Shown here piece after piece: positions 38,611 through 46,306 of a stretch of 64,000 nucleotides of DNA (positions within the stretch are counted from its first letter, which is position 1; each line of letters opens with the position of its first letter). The DNA comes from Escherichia coli phage NG_A1: the sequence record LC788705.1, one strand, 5' to 3'. The position numbers and the translations under genes were made by a program. The notes under the pieces were generated by a model that saw nothing but the letters and a program-made list of their open reading frames with translations, did no database searches and was not told the DNA's origin.

Positions 38611-38635
38611 ATAGGGGCGAGAGCCCCTACAATCT
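38611..38635 (+). terminator. GC-rich hairpin (weak terminator or RNA-stability element)
   Basis: aggggc-gaga-gcccct, no clear U-tract. Confidence 0.35.
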
Positions 38636-38667
38636 ACTGATTCTCTAACTAATCAAGGATATTTTTT

Positions 38668-38883
38668 ATGTTCTCTAAGAAACCACGTTCCGTTACTGAA
38701 ATCGTTGCTTCCTTTACCACTATCACTGATGAGCTTCAAGCTCGTATTGAGGCTGATCAAAAAATTGCTGCGGATATTCAGAAACAGCAGGAAGAGCTCG
38801 CTTTAAAGTTGGCTGAAACCAACAAGAGTGAAAAATCTGCCCAAACTATTATGGAAAATATCCTTAAACTGCTGGGCAAGTAA
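38668..38883 (+). CDS. Hypothetical protein
   Basis: 71-aa ORF. Confidence 0.4.
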   Translation: MFSKKPRSVTEIVASFTTITDELQARIEADQKIAADIQKQQEELALKLAETNKSEKSAQTIMENILKLLGK

Positions 38884-38924
38884 TTTAAATTAGGGGGCGA
38901 AAGCTCCTCTTATTTGGAGAAACT

Positions 38925-39161
38925 ATGCGTAATTTTGTAGCAAAGAATGATTTTAACCGTGCTAGCACCCATAAGTCAGTTAGGGATTATACACGACTTT
39001 CTAGTCATGAGGTAATGGATACCTGTTATGAAGAGCTGGAAGGTAGCTGGGATGAATGGCCCGACTTCTCTATGGAAGAGAACTGGGATGTCAGTGAGGA
39101 TATGCTTCCTGGTTTTAAAGACCCCAAGAAGTGGGAGTCTATTAAAGAGCTGTCTCTTTAA
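38925..39161 (+). CDS. Acidic Trp-rich hypothetical protein
   Basis: 78-aa ORF. Confidence 0.4.
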   Translation: MRNFVAKNDFNRASTHKSVRDYTRLSSHEVMDTCYEELEGSWDEWPDFSMEENWDVSEDMLPGFKDPKKWESIKELSL

Positions 39162-39189
39162 TAGTTTTCTACACAATAAAGGATAAGTT

Positions 39190-39891
39190 ATGAAAGTAAA
39201 ACCATTTGGTATGCTAGATATTGAATCTCTGGGAACTCCAGGAGATTGTGGTACTACTCATATCGCAATGCCTTCTTTCGCTTTTGTGGCTATGCATGGA
39301 ATTGATAAAGACCCTGATCTAATATTTGTTACTTTGGATGTACAAGATCAGCTTAATTCTGGTGCCAAAGTTACAGCATCTACTCTAGCATTCTGGATGG
39401 ATCAAGCTAAAAATAGCCCGTCTGCTATCCACATTATGGAAGCTATGAAGGAACGTAATCCAAAACTGATTGCCTTCCAAAATGGTAAACATCATTGCAC
39501 TAATAAATTAGGCTCAAACTATGCTGCCTTCTCTATGGCTCAAAATATTATGGAGTTGGCTCTAGGCGAAAATGCTTTGTATTACGGCAATGGCCCAGAG
39601 TTTGATATGACTATCTACTCTGCAAACACGTTCCATGCTGGAACCAATGAAGAGGTAGTTCCGTGGAAATTCTGGAATTTAGGCAATGTTCGATCTCTTC
39701 GTAATCTCTGGATGCAAGCTGGTTATAGTTACAAAGATCTAGAGGCTGAAGGTATTAGCTGGGCAATAGCTAAAATGGAGAAGATGGACACTATTCGTTA
39801 TGGGATCTATCCGGCTAAGCACGACCCAGCATTTGATGCCTTAGTTGAGAGCTATTGTGTTGCAGCTATGATCGAAAAAATGAAAATTTGA
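39190..39891 (+). CDS. DEDD-family (DnaQ-like) 3'-5' exonuclease-like protein
   Basis: 233 aa; Exo I-like LDIESLG and Exo III-like HDPAFDA. Confidence 0.45.
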   Translation: MKVKPFGMLDIESLGTPGDCGTTHIAMPSFAFVAMHGIDKDPDLIFVTLDVQDQLNSGAKVTASTLAFWMDQAKNSPSAIHIMEAMKERNPKLIAFQNGKHHCTNKLGSNYAAFSMAQNIMELALGENALYYGNGPEFDMTIYSANTFHAGTNEEVVPWKFWNLGNVRSLRNLWMQAGYSYKDLEAEGISWAIAKMEKMDTIRYGIYPAKHDPAFDALVESYCVAAMIEKMKI

Positions 39892-39892
39892 T

Positions 39893-39921
39893 TTGCTTCC
39901 GGCTCCAAAATTCTGTATAAT
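39893..39921 (+). promoter_or_regulatory. Early-type promoter
   Basis: TTGCTTccggctccaaaattctgTATAAT. Confidence 0.6.
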
Positions 39922-39961
39922 ATATTCATAAATTTGAGAAAACAATAAAAGGAAAACAAAT

Positions 39962-40144
39962 ATGCCAGTATCTAAAAATATTCGTAAAAATGGTAAGAAA
40001 GCTACTCGTAATCTGGGTATCCGTCGTATGGCTGAACGTCAATCAGGTATCCAGAAAATCTTTGATCTGTTAAATCGTGCTAATCCTAAAATTGATAACA
40101 GTAATGATACTGTTCTGCGCACTCTGCTGGCAATTGGTCTGTAA
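39962..40144 (+). CDS. Small basic hypothetical protein
   Basis: 60-aa ORF. Confidence 0.4.
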   Translation: MPVSKNIRKNGKKATRNLGIRRMAERQSGIQKIFDLLNRANPKIDNSNDTVLRTLLAIGL

Positions 40145-40197
40145 TAGATCAAATTTAAACAAATTCAAATCTCAAACTTCATATAAGGAAGCAAATA

Positions 40198-40836
40198 ATG
40201 ACTACTCGTATTTCTAAAACTCGCGCTCTGGCAACTATCAAATCTCTGGAAGCTAAAATCCGTAAAGCTACTGAACAACAGCTTCTGATCGCTGTTGGTG
40301 AAGGTAAGGATAAAAATAAGGTTGTAGTTGGCGCTGCAATCGAAGTAGACGATCTATCTGCTCGTATTAAGGCAGATTTCCAATCTCTCCTAGATATGAT
40401 GTCCCAGCGTGATCGTATCAAAGCTGCTCTGATTAAGAGCAATGCGGAAACAATCGTTGAGATTGGCTCTTGTAAGATGACTGTTGCGGAAGCAATTGAA
40501 GCTAAGCGTTCTATGGAGCTTAAAGCTCAGCTGCTGGCTAACATGCGTAAGCAGTTCCATGCCGCTACGGTTAAGTTTAATACGCAGAAAGCACAGTTTG
40601 ATGCTAAATATGAGCGTTTGCAGGATAGCATGGCTACTCGCGATAAGAAAACTTCCGAAGATGAAGTTAAAATGCAGCTCAACCTGCTGGAACTCAAGAA
40701 TACTCCATTCTTGATTGATCCGCTGGAACTGGAGAAGCTGATTAAGCAGCATGACGAGGAATACCAGGACTTTGCAACAAATGTTGACTTTGTTCTGTCC
40801 GAGTCTAACGCCTCTACCTTCATTGAAGTAGAGTAA
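40198..40836 (+). CDS. Hypothetical coiled-coil protein
   Basis: 212-aa ORF. Confidence 0.5.
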   Translation: MTTRISKTRALATIKSLEAKIRKATEQQLLIAVGEGKDKNKVVVGAAIEVDDLSARIKADFQSLLDMMSQRDRIKAALIKSNAETIVEIGSCKMTVAEAIEAKRSMELKAQLLANMRKQFHAATVKFNTQKAQFDAKYERLQDSMATRDKKTSEDEVKMQLNLLELKNTPFLIDPLELEKLIKQHDEEYQDFATNVDFVLSESNASTFIEVE

Positions 40837-41219
40837 TAATTTAAAAGCTAGTAAATCGGTAGACGAAAGCCCAAGCATCTTACCTCGCAGCAGCGGTTGA
40901 AATACGAGGTTAAATAAGACCGCTGACCATACTATAAAGTATAATCTATTGGAGATTATGTTTATTACACCAGCCTTTTAAGCTGACACGTAAGAACAAA
41001 GCGTCGTTGATATTACCGACACAACTTCAAAGATCAACATTTAAGTATGAAAGCTGAAAAGTTTAAAGAACTCAAACTTCTAAACTTCTAAAGCTAAAAG
41101 ATGCAAAGTATTCGTTGATGATTCAAACCCTAGATCAAAGGTACATGGCTCGTAAGATATGGCCTGTGGCGCCTCTAGGCTGTTTATCGGTTTACTAGTT
41201 TCACAATTTAAAAATGTAT

Positions 41220-41248
41220 TTGCTAATTTATTAAGTTTTCTGTATAAT
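41220..41248 (+). promoter_or_regulatory. Early-type promoter
   Basis: TTGCTAatttattaagttttctgTATAAT. Confidence 0.65.
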
Positions 41249-41278
41249 ATATTTTTAAATTGATGAAACGAGGCTATT

Positions 41279-41596
41279 ATGACTTTTCATATTTTGATTG
41301 ATGATGTGCGTAATCTTCATGGAATGGACATTATCATTCGAACCCCAGAAGCCGCTGTCGAGTTTCTGAATAAAACTGATACCACAGGCCACTTTGTTTA
41401 TATGGATAATGACTTGGCTGTAGATGGTATGGAAGGTTATCAAATTCTTCGTTTACTCTTAGAATTTGGGCAGAGACCAAAGAAAGTGGTACTAGTAACC
41501 TCGAATCCCGTAGCTAAGCAAACTATGCGTAATGATTTGCTTGACTTAGGGTATAAAGAAAATCCCAATCGTGTCGAATATGATTGGCAGGAGTAA
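41279..41596 (+). CDS. Small protein with receiver (CheY-like REC) domain-like pattern
   Basis: 105 aa; HILIDD...VYMDNDL.VDGMEGYQILRLL...VVLVTSN. Confidence 0.35.
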   Translation: MTFHILIDDVRNLHGMDIIIRTPEAAVEFLNKTDTTGHFVYMDNDLAVDGMEGYQILRLLLEFGQRPKKVVLVTSNPVAKQTMRNDLLDLGYKENPNRVEYDWQE

Positions 41597-41601
41597 AAAG
41601 A

Positions 41602-42051
41602 ATGAAGACAGCTTTGCTTTTAGTAGCTGCCCTTACCTTCAGCTTTAGTAGTCAGGCATCGCACGATGCAAAAGAAATAGATTGCATTGCTAAAAATATC
41701 TATTTCGAAAGTCGTGGTGAGGGCATAAAGGGAATGACGGCGATTGCACATGTTACTAAAAACCGTGTAAACTCCGGTAAATTCCCAGATTCCTACTGTA
41801 AAGTAGTATATCAGTCTAACCAGTTCTCTTGGGTATCTAAGAGACCAAAAGTTGATAAAACTGATGAGGCTTGGCAAACCGCCAAGAATTTAGCTAGAGT
41901 GATATACTACGTTGATTTACCACAAGATCCTACACATGGAGCTTTATACTTCCATAGTGGTAAAGATAAACCATACTGGACAAAGAAGTTTAAGAAAACA
42001 ACTAAGATTAAGGGACATACATTTTATAAGCCTGTTGTCACTAAAACTTAA
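41602..42051 (+). CDS. SleB-like cell-wall hydrolase with signal peptide
   Basis: Signal peptide MKTALLLVAALTFSFSSQA; IAKNIYFESRGE...AIAHVTKNRV...NQFSW; start at ATG 41602 after GGCAGGAG. Confidence 0.65.
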   Translation: MKTALLLVAALTFSFSSQASHDAKEIDCIAKNIYFESRGEGIKGMTAIAHVTKNRVNSGKFPDSYCKVVYQSNQFSWVSKRPKVDKTDEAWQTAKNLARVIYYVDLPQDPTHGALYFHSGKDKPYWTKKFKKTTKIKGHTFYKPVVTKT

Positions 42052-42059
42052 AAATTTAT

Positions 42060-42088
42060 TTGCTTAAATACTTAAACTTCTGTATAAT
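42060..42088 (+). promoter_or_regulatory. Early-type promoter
   Basis: TTGCTTaaatacttaaacttctgTATAAT. Confidence 0.65.
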
Positions 42089-42119
42089 ACTTTCATAAAT
42101 TAATGAGGGGAAGCGAAAT

Positions 42120-42290
42120 ATGAAATCAGTTGTAATTATTGGTGTTAATACTCGCGGTATTCGTACTACGAAAACTGTTAAAACTTCCAACGTTGCTGAG
42201 ATCACTACGAACCCTAAAAAGTTTGATTTCGCCAAAGTCTCAGCAGTTATGACAGAACAATCTTTTAACCAAGCGTTAGGAATGAAATAA
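42120..42290 (+). CDS. Small hypothetical protein (56 aa)
   Basis: ATG 42120 after GAGGGGAAG; below track cut-off. Confidence 0.3.
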   Translation: MKSVVIIGVNTRGIRTTKTVKTSNVAEITTNPKKFDFAKVSAVMTEQSFNQALGMK

Positions 42291-42733
42291 TGGAAGAGGA
42301 TATTTTAGATGTTTTGCGTAGAGCTTTGCAGGATTCTAAGTTTAATGGTTCTGATAAAGAAGTCGCTAAAAGCTATCAGACCATAATCGGGGATCTTCAG
42401 CGTATTAATAAAGATTTCATCACTTCTGAACAATTTGTGTCTTATCTCAAAGCTCAACTAAAAAGCATTAACCAGATGAAAGCTAAACTTCATGGTCAAG
42501 ATCTTGATAGTTATAGCTTGCAGTCCGCTCAGTATGAATACATTCTAAATAAGTGGTTGCAGGAGTATCTGCCCTCTCAGTTATCTGATACTGAGATTCG
42601 TAAATACTTTGCAGAATTAGTTAAGCTAAACCCTGGAATTACAAAAGGTATGCTGATGAAAGCGATCAAGGAAGAATTTCCTGGGCGTTATGATGGTGGT
42701 ACTGCTGCTCAGATTGCTGGCGAATTTAATTAA
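42290..42733 (+). CDS. GatB/YqeY-domain protein
   Basis: 147 aa; LQEYLPSQLSDTEI...GMLMKAIKEEFPGRYDGGTAAQIAGEF matches YqeY/GatB C-terminal domain pattern. Confidence 0.65.
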   Translation: MEEDILDVLRRALQDSKFNGSDKEVAKSYQTIIGDLQRINKDFITSEQFVSYLKAQLKSINQMKAKLHGQDLDSYSLQSAQYEYILNKWLQEYLPSQLSDTEIRKYFAELVKLNPGITKGMLMKAIKEEFPGRYDGGTAAQIAGEFN

Positions 42734-42741
42734 AAATTTAT

Positions 42742-42770
42742 TTGCTAAATGCTTATAAATTCTGTATAAT
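42742..42770 (+). promoter_or_regulatory. Early-type promoter at the head of the tRNA region
   Basis: TTGCTAaatgcttataaattctgTATAAT. Confidence 0.65.
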
Positions 42771-43007
42771 ATATTCATAAATTAGAGAACAGCGAGCCGA
42801 TTACGCTGAACTTGTCTTAATGTAAGATGCGTCGAGCACTAAGATTCGTTGAATAGAGTCGGTGGGTTAGTTGTAAAACTAGTACACAGGGGGCGGCAAT
42901 CCCGGTTAGTGGCTAGAACGTGTAAAATGAGGCGTCTGAAACCTCTCCCCTAAACTCTTCTCTAATTTATAAATAGTGGGGTGTGGAAATCACTTATGTA
43001 GTAACAC

Positions 43008-43080
43008 TGCCGTCCTAGTATAATTGGTATTATCAAGCCGTAACTGGTGGAAGATGTAGGTTCGAATCCTACGGTCGGTA
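43008..43080 (+). ncRNA. tRNA-like element (canonical T-arm, imperfect acceptor pairing)
   Basis: T-arm gtagg-ttcgaat-cctac at 43056-43072, D-loop-like aattggta; no 7-bp acceptor helix found. Confidence 0.25.
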
Positions 43081-43589
43081 AGAACTGGATAACTGATGCT
43101 TTTAATGTAAAAGCTTCCGAGGTTAGTTGCGCACTGCCTAAACCACGCGGTAGTTGGTTCCAGACTAACCAACCAGTCTGCTGAATAGTTTTATTACGAT
43201 TTAACTATGTCCAGGCTAAAGAAGAACTTTAGAAGGTATTCTAGGATAGTGAAGTTCTTTCTCCATATCGGAGTAGTTTTTCAAGCTATCCACAAAGTGG
43301 GAAATGCTGACATGAGAGATGTCACTAATGGTGCACAATAGCACAGGTAATTCGCGATAACTCCTGTTGAGTAGCAGCAAAAGGTGGGAAGTCATGACCC
43401 CAAGCCTAACCGAGTCCTCAATATACCGCAGGACATAACTACTAAGTCACCCTGACTTAAACTGGAAAATAATAGACGTTACTGTATTTTGTCTTGAAAT
43501 ACTTAATGAGTGAGACTTATGACTCTCCCGGTATCGTCTGTATTTTTAAGAGTTTTTACGAGAGTTCTTAAAAATACTTAAACGGGGTG

Positions 43590-43657
43590 TAGTCTAAGGG
43601 AGAGGCAGGAGTCTTCTAAATTCCTTTATGCAGGTTCGAATCCCTTGTCACGCACCA
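43590..43657 (+). ncRNA. tRNA-like element ending in CCA
   Basis: ggttcgaatcc T-loop at 43633-43643 and ...cgcaCCA 3' end; stems imperfect. Confidence 0.25.
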
Positions 43658-43689
43658 AATTTGATGGTCAGAGTAAATTAAACCTACTA

Positions 43690-43733
43690 TCTCGGTTGAG
43701 CTGTTTTAATGGGTTCGAATCCCAGCGAGGCGT
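43690..43733 (+). ncRNA. tRNA-like minihelix (T-arm plus short acceptor-like stem)
   Basis: ctcg...tggg-ttcgaat-ccca-g-cgag. Confidence 0.2.
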
Positions 43734-43782
43734 AACTGCCTGGTGTGATAGAGGCATCATTCCACTAACATTGGAAAAACTA

Positions 43783-44013
43783 ATGAAACGAAAATTAAAA
43801 AAGTCTTATATAATTAAGATAAATAAGCTACGAAGTAGGGCAAAAGGATGGCCACTTCGAATATTAATTGCGGATAACCATACTAGATACCATGCGGAAC
43901 AACGTCATTACAAACAGTGGGAGTCATACTGCCGCTCAAAAGCAGGTCGTTTAGATGGATCTTATGAGTTTCTATTTGGTAAAAAGCCTACTAGAGTAGC
44001 TTTAGGTAATTAA
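43783..44013 (+). CDS. Small basic hypothetical protein in the tRNA region
   Basis: ORF from ATG 43783 (track ORF 43645..44013 begins inside tRNA-like sequence). Confidence 0.3.
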   Translation: MKRKLKKSYIIKINKLRSRAKGWPLRILIADNHTRYHAEQRHYKQWESYCRSKAGRLDGSYEFLFGKKPTRVALGN

Positions 44014-44018
44014 TACTT

Positions 44019-44109
44019 GGAAGAGCAAATCGAATTGGCGACGAAAACCGCTTGGAAAGTGGCTGACTGGTAAAACGGCTTGAGAGTTCAAATCTCTCCT
44101 CTTCCGCCA
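44019..44109 (+). tRNA. Type II tRNA, probably tRNA-Ser (anticodon GGA tentative)
   Basis: 7-bp acceptor ggaagag/ctcttcc, discriminator G, CCA; T-arm gagag-ttcaaat-ctctc; 91 nt with long variable arm. Confidence 0.5.
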
Positions 44110-44121
44110 AACAATTTATAT

Positions 44122-44216
44122 GGTAGGTCAATCCAACGGCTGGCGCTGGACTCCGACTTGAAATCGGTTGATCGTAGTGATACGGTGTAAGGGTTCGATC
44201 CCCTTACCTACCTCCA
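44122..44216 (+). tRNA. tRNA-Ser (UGA), type II
   Basis: Acceptor ggtaggt/acctacc, CCA; anticodon loop cTTGAaa on stem ccga/tcgg; T-arm aaggg-ttcgatc-ccctt. Confidence 0.55.
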
Positions 44217-44221
44217 AATCT

Positions 44222-44352
44222 TGGAATATGCCGGAATTGGTAGACGGGACTGCCGAATAGGTTTACTAGGAACATCCACTCCTAGAAATATACCTTAAAA
44301 GCGGTTGAGTTAAATGGTCTAACTCATGAAGGTTCAAGCCCTTCTATTCCTT
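44222..44352 (+). ncRNA. Atypical tRNA-like element, about 131 nt
   Basis: Leu/Tyr-type D-arm ccggaattggtagacgg, T-arm gaagg-ttcaagc-ccttc, acceptor-like tggaata/tattcct, but about 80 nt between D- and T-arms. Confidence 0.3.
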
Positions 44353-44581
44353 GATACATCAATGGCTCAAAGTGTAACGGTGCTATTTGATGCTCTTGGA
44401 AAGACTTTCCCGACATGCGTTCGGGGGTAAGCTTCTGAGGCTAGAATAGAAGAGTTTCTGAGAGCCGCCACAATTGAAAATTCGTACTCGTCTTGAGCTG
44501 CATGCAATAGGAGATAACTTGATTAGTATTCTAGAACATGCTAATTGAGGATGGTTTCGCTAACCCTGCGAGTTTTCAATT

Positions 44582-44659
44582 GTGGCTATATCATAATTGG
44601 TTAATGATCCTGATTGTGAATCAGGCCTATGTGGATTCGAATTCCACTAGCCACCCCCA
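44582..44659 (+). tRNA. tRNA-His (GUG)
   Basis: Acceptor gtggcta/tagccac, D-stem tcat/atga, anticodon loop ttGTGaa on stem cctga/tcagg, T-arm gtgga-ttcgaat-tccac, 3' CCCCA. Confidence 0.65.
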
Positions 44660-44684
44660 AATTAACTTAAATAGGAAATAAAAT

Positions 44685-44879
44685 ATGGCTGATTTCTGCA
44701 AACAATGCTCCATTGATATGTGGGGCAGAGATACTGGTGATCTTTCTGGGCTGATTACAGAAGCCGAAGTCAAAGAAGGTTATGGTGCAGTTGTGGTTTG
44801 TGAAGGATGCGGAGTCATTCGAGTAGATCATGAGGGTAAGCGCCTTGAAGAACCTGAGCCAGTTACCCTATTTCCCTAA
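44685..44879 (+). CDS. Small Cys-rich (zinc-ribbon-like) protein
   Basis: 64 aa; CKQC...CEGCG. Confidence 0.4.
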   Translation: MADFCKQCSIDMWGRDTGDLSGLITEAEVKEGYGAVVVCEGCGVIRVDHEGKRLEEPEPVTLFP

Positions 44880-44892
44880 AGTAAAGAATTAT

Positions 44893-44968
44893 TGGGATGT
44901 AGATCAATTGGCAGATCGTCGGCCTCTGACTCCGAAGGTTCCACGTTCGATCCGTGGCATCCCAGCCA
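44893..44968 (+). tRNA. tRNA-Gln (CUG)
   Basis: Acceptor tgggatg/catccca (U1:A72), D-stem gatc/gatc, anticodon loop ctCTGac, T-arm ccacg-ttcgatc-cgtgg, G+CCA. Confidence 0.7.
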
Positions 44969-44974
44969 AATACT

Positions 44975-45050
44975 TGGAGAGTAGTGTAACGGTTAGCACA
45001 ACGGCCTTTGACTCCGTTAATGGTAGGTTCGATTCCTCCTTCTCCAGCCA
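44975..45050 (+). tRNA. tRNA-Gln (UUG)
   Basis: Acceptor tggagag/ttctcca (U1:A72), anticodon loop ctTTGac, T-loop ttcgatt, G+CCA. Confidence 0.7.
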
Positions 45051-45057
45051 AATTAAT

Positions 45058-45132
45058 GCGTGATTAGTTCAGTGGCTAGAATAACTGGCTTCCAACCAGT
45101 AGACACGAGTTCGACTCTCGTATCCCGCACCA
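45058..45132 (+). tRNA. tRNA-Gly (UCC)
   Basis: Acceptor gcgtgat/atcccgc (one mismatch), anticodon stem actgg/ccagt with loop ctTCCaa, T-arm acgag-ttcgact-ctcgt, A+CCA. Confidence 0.7.
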
Positions 45133-45146
45133 AATAAGGAAACACT

Positions 45147-45398
45147 ATGCACGTTTTTGAGTTTCGTAATAAAAGTACTGATAAGCGAGTTATCATTATT
45201 GGAGAAACATATCGAGCATATGAACAAACTGATGGCTCTGTTATCTTGAATGATGAGAAAGGAGGTTTTAGCTTTTATCCAGAAGAACCTTATGAAGAGT
45301 TTCGAAAACAATTTAACCTAGACTGGAGAAAGCATTTAAACACTGTTGCTTCATCTGTAGTATTGCCAACTACCAGTACTGTACTCTCTAATGGCTGA
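45147..45398 (+). CDS. Hypothetical protein
   Basis: 83-aa ORF after AAGGAAA. Confidence 0.4.
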   Translation: MHVFEFRNKSTDKRVIIIGETYRAYEQTDGSVILNDEKGGFSFYPEEPYEEFRKQFNLDWRKHLNTVASSVVLPTTSTVLSNG

Positions 45399-45555
45399 CA
45401 ACCTAAAAGTAAAGATTGATAAACAAAAGAAACGTGTAGAAGTAGAGATTGGTGAAGAACGTGTTGCCTTTACTTTTGAATTTCTACAGCAAATGGCAAT
45501 GGCAGTTATGACTGATAAGTCTCCTGTTATTGAAAAAGAAATCCCGTTGAAATAA
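45391..45555 (+). CDS. Small hypothetical protein (54 aa)
   Basis: ATG 45391 overlapping previous ORF end; hairpin 45541-45565 follows. Confidence 0.3.
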   Translation: MADNLKVKIDKQKKRVEVEIGEERVAFTFEFLQQMAMAVMTDKSPVIEKEIPLK

Positions 45556-45565
45556 CGGGATCATC

Positions 45566-45640
45566 GCTCCTAAAGCATTGCTGGCGATGCAGTTGCCTTG
45601 TAAGCATCTGAACCGGGTTCGATTCCTGGTGGGAGCACCA
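45566..45640 (+). tRNA. tRNA-Thr (UGU)
   Basis: Acceptor gctccta/tgggagc, D-stem gcat/atgc, anticodon loop ctTGTaa, T-arm ccggg-ttcgatt-cctgg, A+CCA. Confidence 0.65.
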
Positions 45641-45655
45641 AATTTAAAAATTCAT

Positions 45656-45684
45656 TTGCCTTCTCTCTTATTTATTGTTATAAT
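45656..45684 (+). promoter_or_regulatory. Early-type promoter
   Basis: TTGCCTtctctcttatttattgtTATAAT. Confidence 0.6.
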
Positions 45685-45714
45685 ATTTATATAAATTAAT
45701 GAGAGGGAAACCAA

Positions 45715-46005
45715 ATGAAACGTTATCTTTCTATTGTATTCCAAACTGGTGGTCAAAGATATACCTATGAATTTCCATCTTCTTGGAAAATCAAAGAAGG
45801 TGATCAAGTAGTAGTGTTAACACCGCGTGAAGGGTATAAAGTAGTAATGGTTAAACAAGTATTCCCAAAAGATCATGAACCAGCTAAAGGCATTCGCTAT
45901 AAGATGATTCATGGTGTGGTCCGTCAAGTACCACGAACTGAGGTAGAAGTAGATAAGACTGGAGAAACTAAATTCCATTATACTTCTTACTTAGATAGTG
46001 TGTGA
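45715..46005 (+). CDS. Hypothetical protein
   Basis: 96-aa ORF with GAGAGGG RBS. Confidence 0.5.
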   Translation: MKRYLSIVFQTGGQRYTYEFPSSWKIKEGDQVVVLTPREGYKVVMVKQVFPKDHEPAKGIRYKMIHGVVRQVPRTEVEVDKTGETKFHYTSYLDSV

Positions 46006-46020
46006 TGTAAATATTCTAAT

Positions 46021-46097
46021 ACTTCGGTAGCTTAGCGATCTAAAGCACCCGGCTGATAACCGAGAGATCGGGGGTTTAAATCCCTCCCGGAGTACCA
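46021..46097 (+). tRNA. tRNA-Ile (GAU)
   Basis: Acceptor acttcgg/ccggagt, D-stem gctt/aagc, anticodon loop ctGATaa, T-arm ggggg-tttaaat-ccctc, A+CCA. Confidence 0.6.
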
Positions 46098-46193
46098 AAT
46101 TTAGGAATTAAGACTATGCGTCCAGGAAAGTTTAAAAAAGCTAATTGGTCTAAAGAGTATAAAGAATACTTACTTAGTCTAGTAAAACATAAC

Positions 46194-46269
46194 AGTTAGT
46201 TGGCAGAGTGGTTATGCACCTCCTTCATACGGAGCGACTACAGTGGTTCAAATCCACTACTAACTACCA
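46194..46269 (+). tRNA. tRNA-Met (CAU); could be initiator or a lysidine-modified Ile isoacceptor
   Basis: Exact acceptor agttagt/actaact, anticodon loop ttCATac, T-arm agtgg-ttcaaat-ccact, A+CCA. Confidence 0.6.
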
Positions 46270-46306
46270 TTAAAAGAGCTAGAGATAGCTAAATTTAGGA
46301 GCAGCT

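Noticed and set aside
40390-40878. Minus-strand ORFs antisense to gene 40198..40836
   Set aside because: No promoter or RBS in this plus-strand block; a shadow ORF.
44222-44352. A single canonical tRNA spanning this segment
   Set aside because: The distance between D-arm and T-arm (about 80 nt) is incompatible with a standard cloverleaf; kept only as an atypical tRNA-like element.
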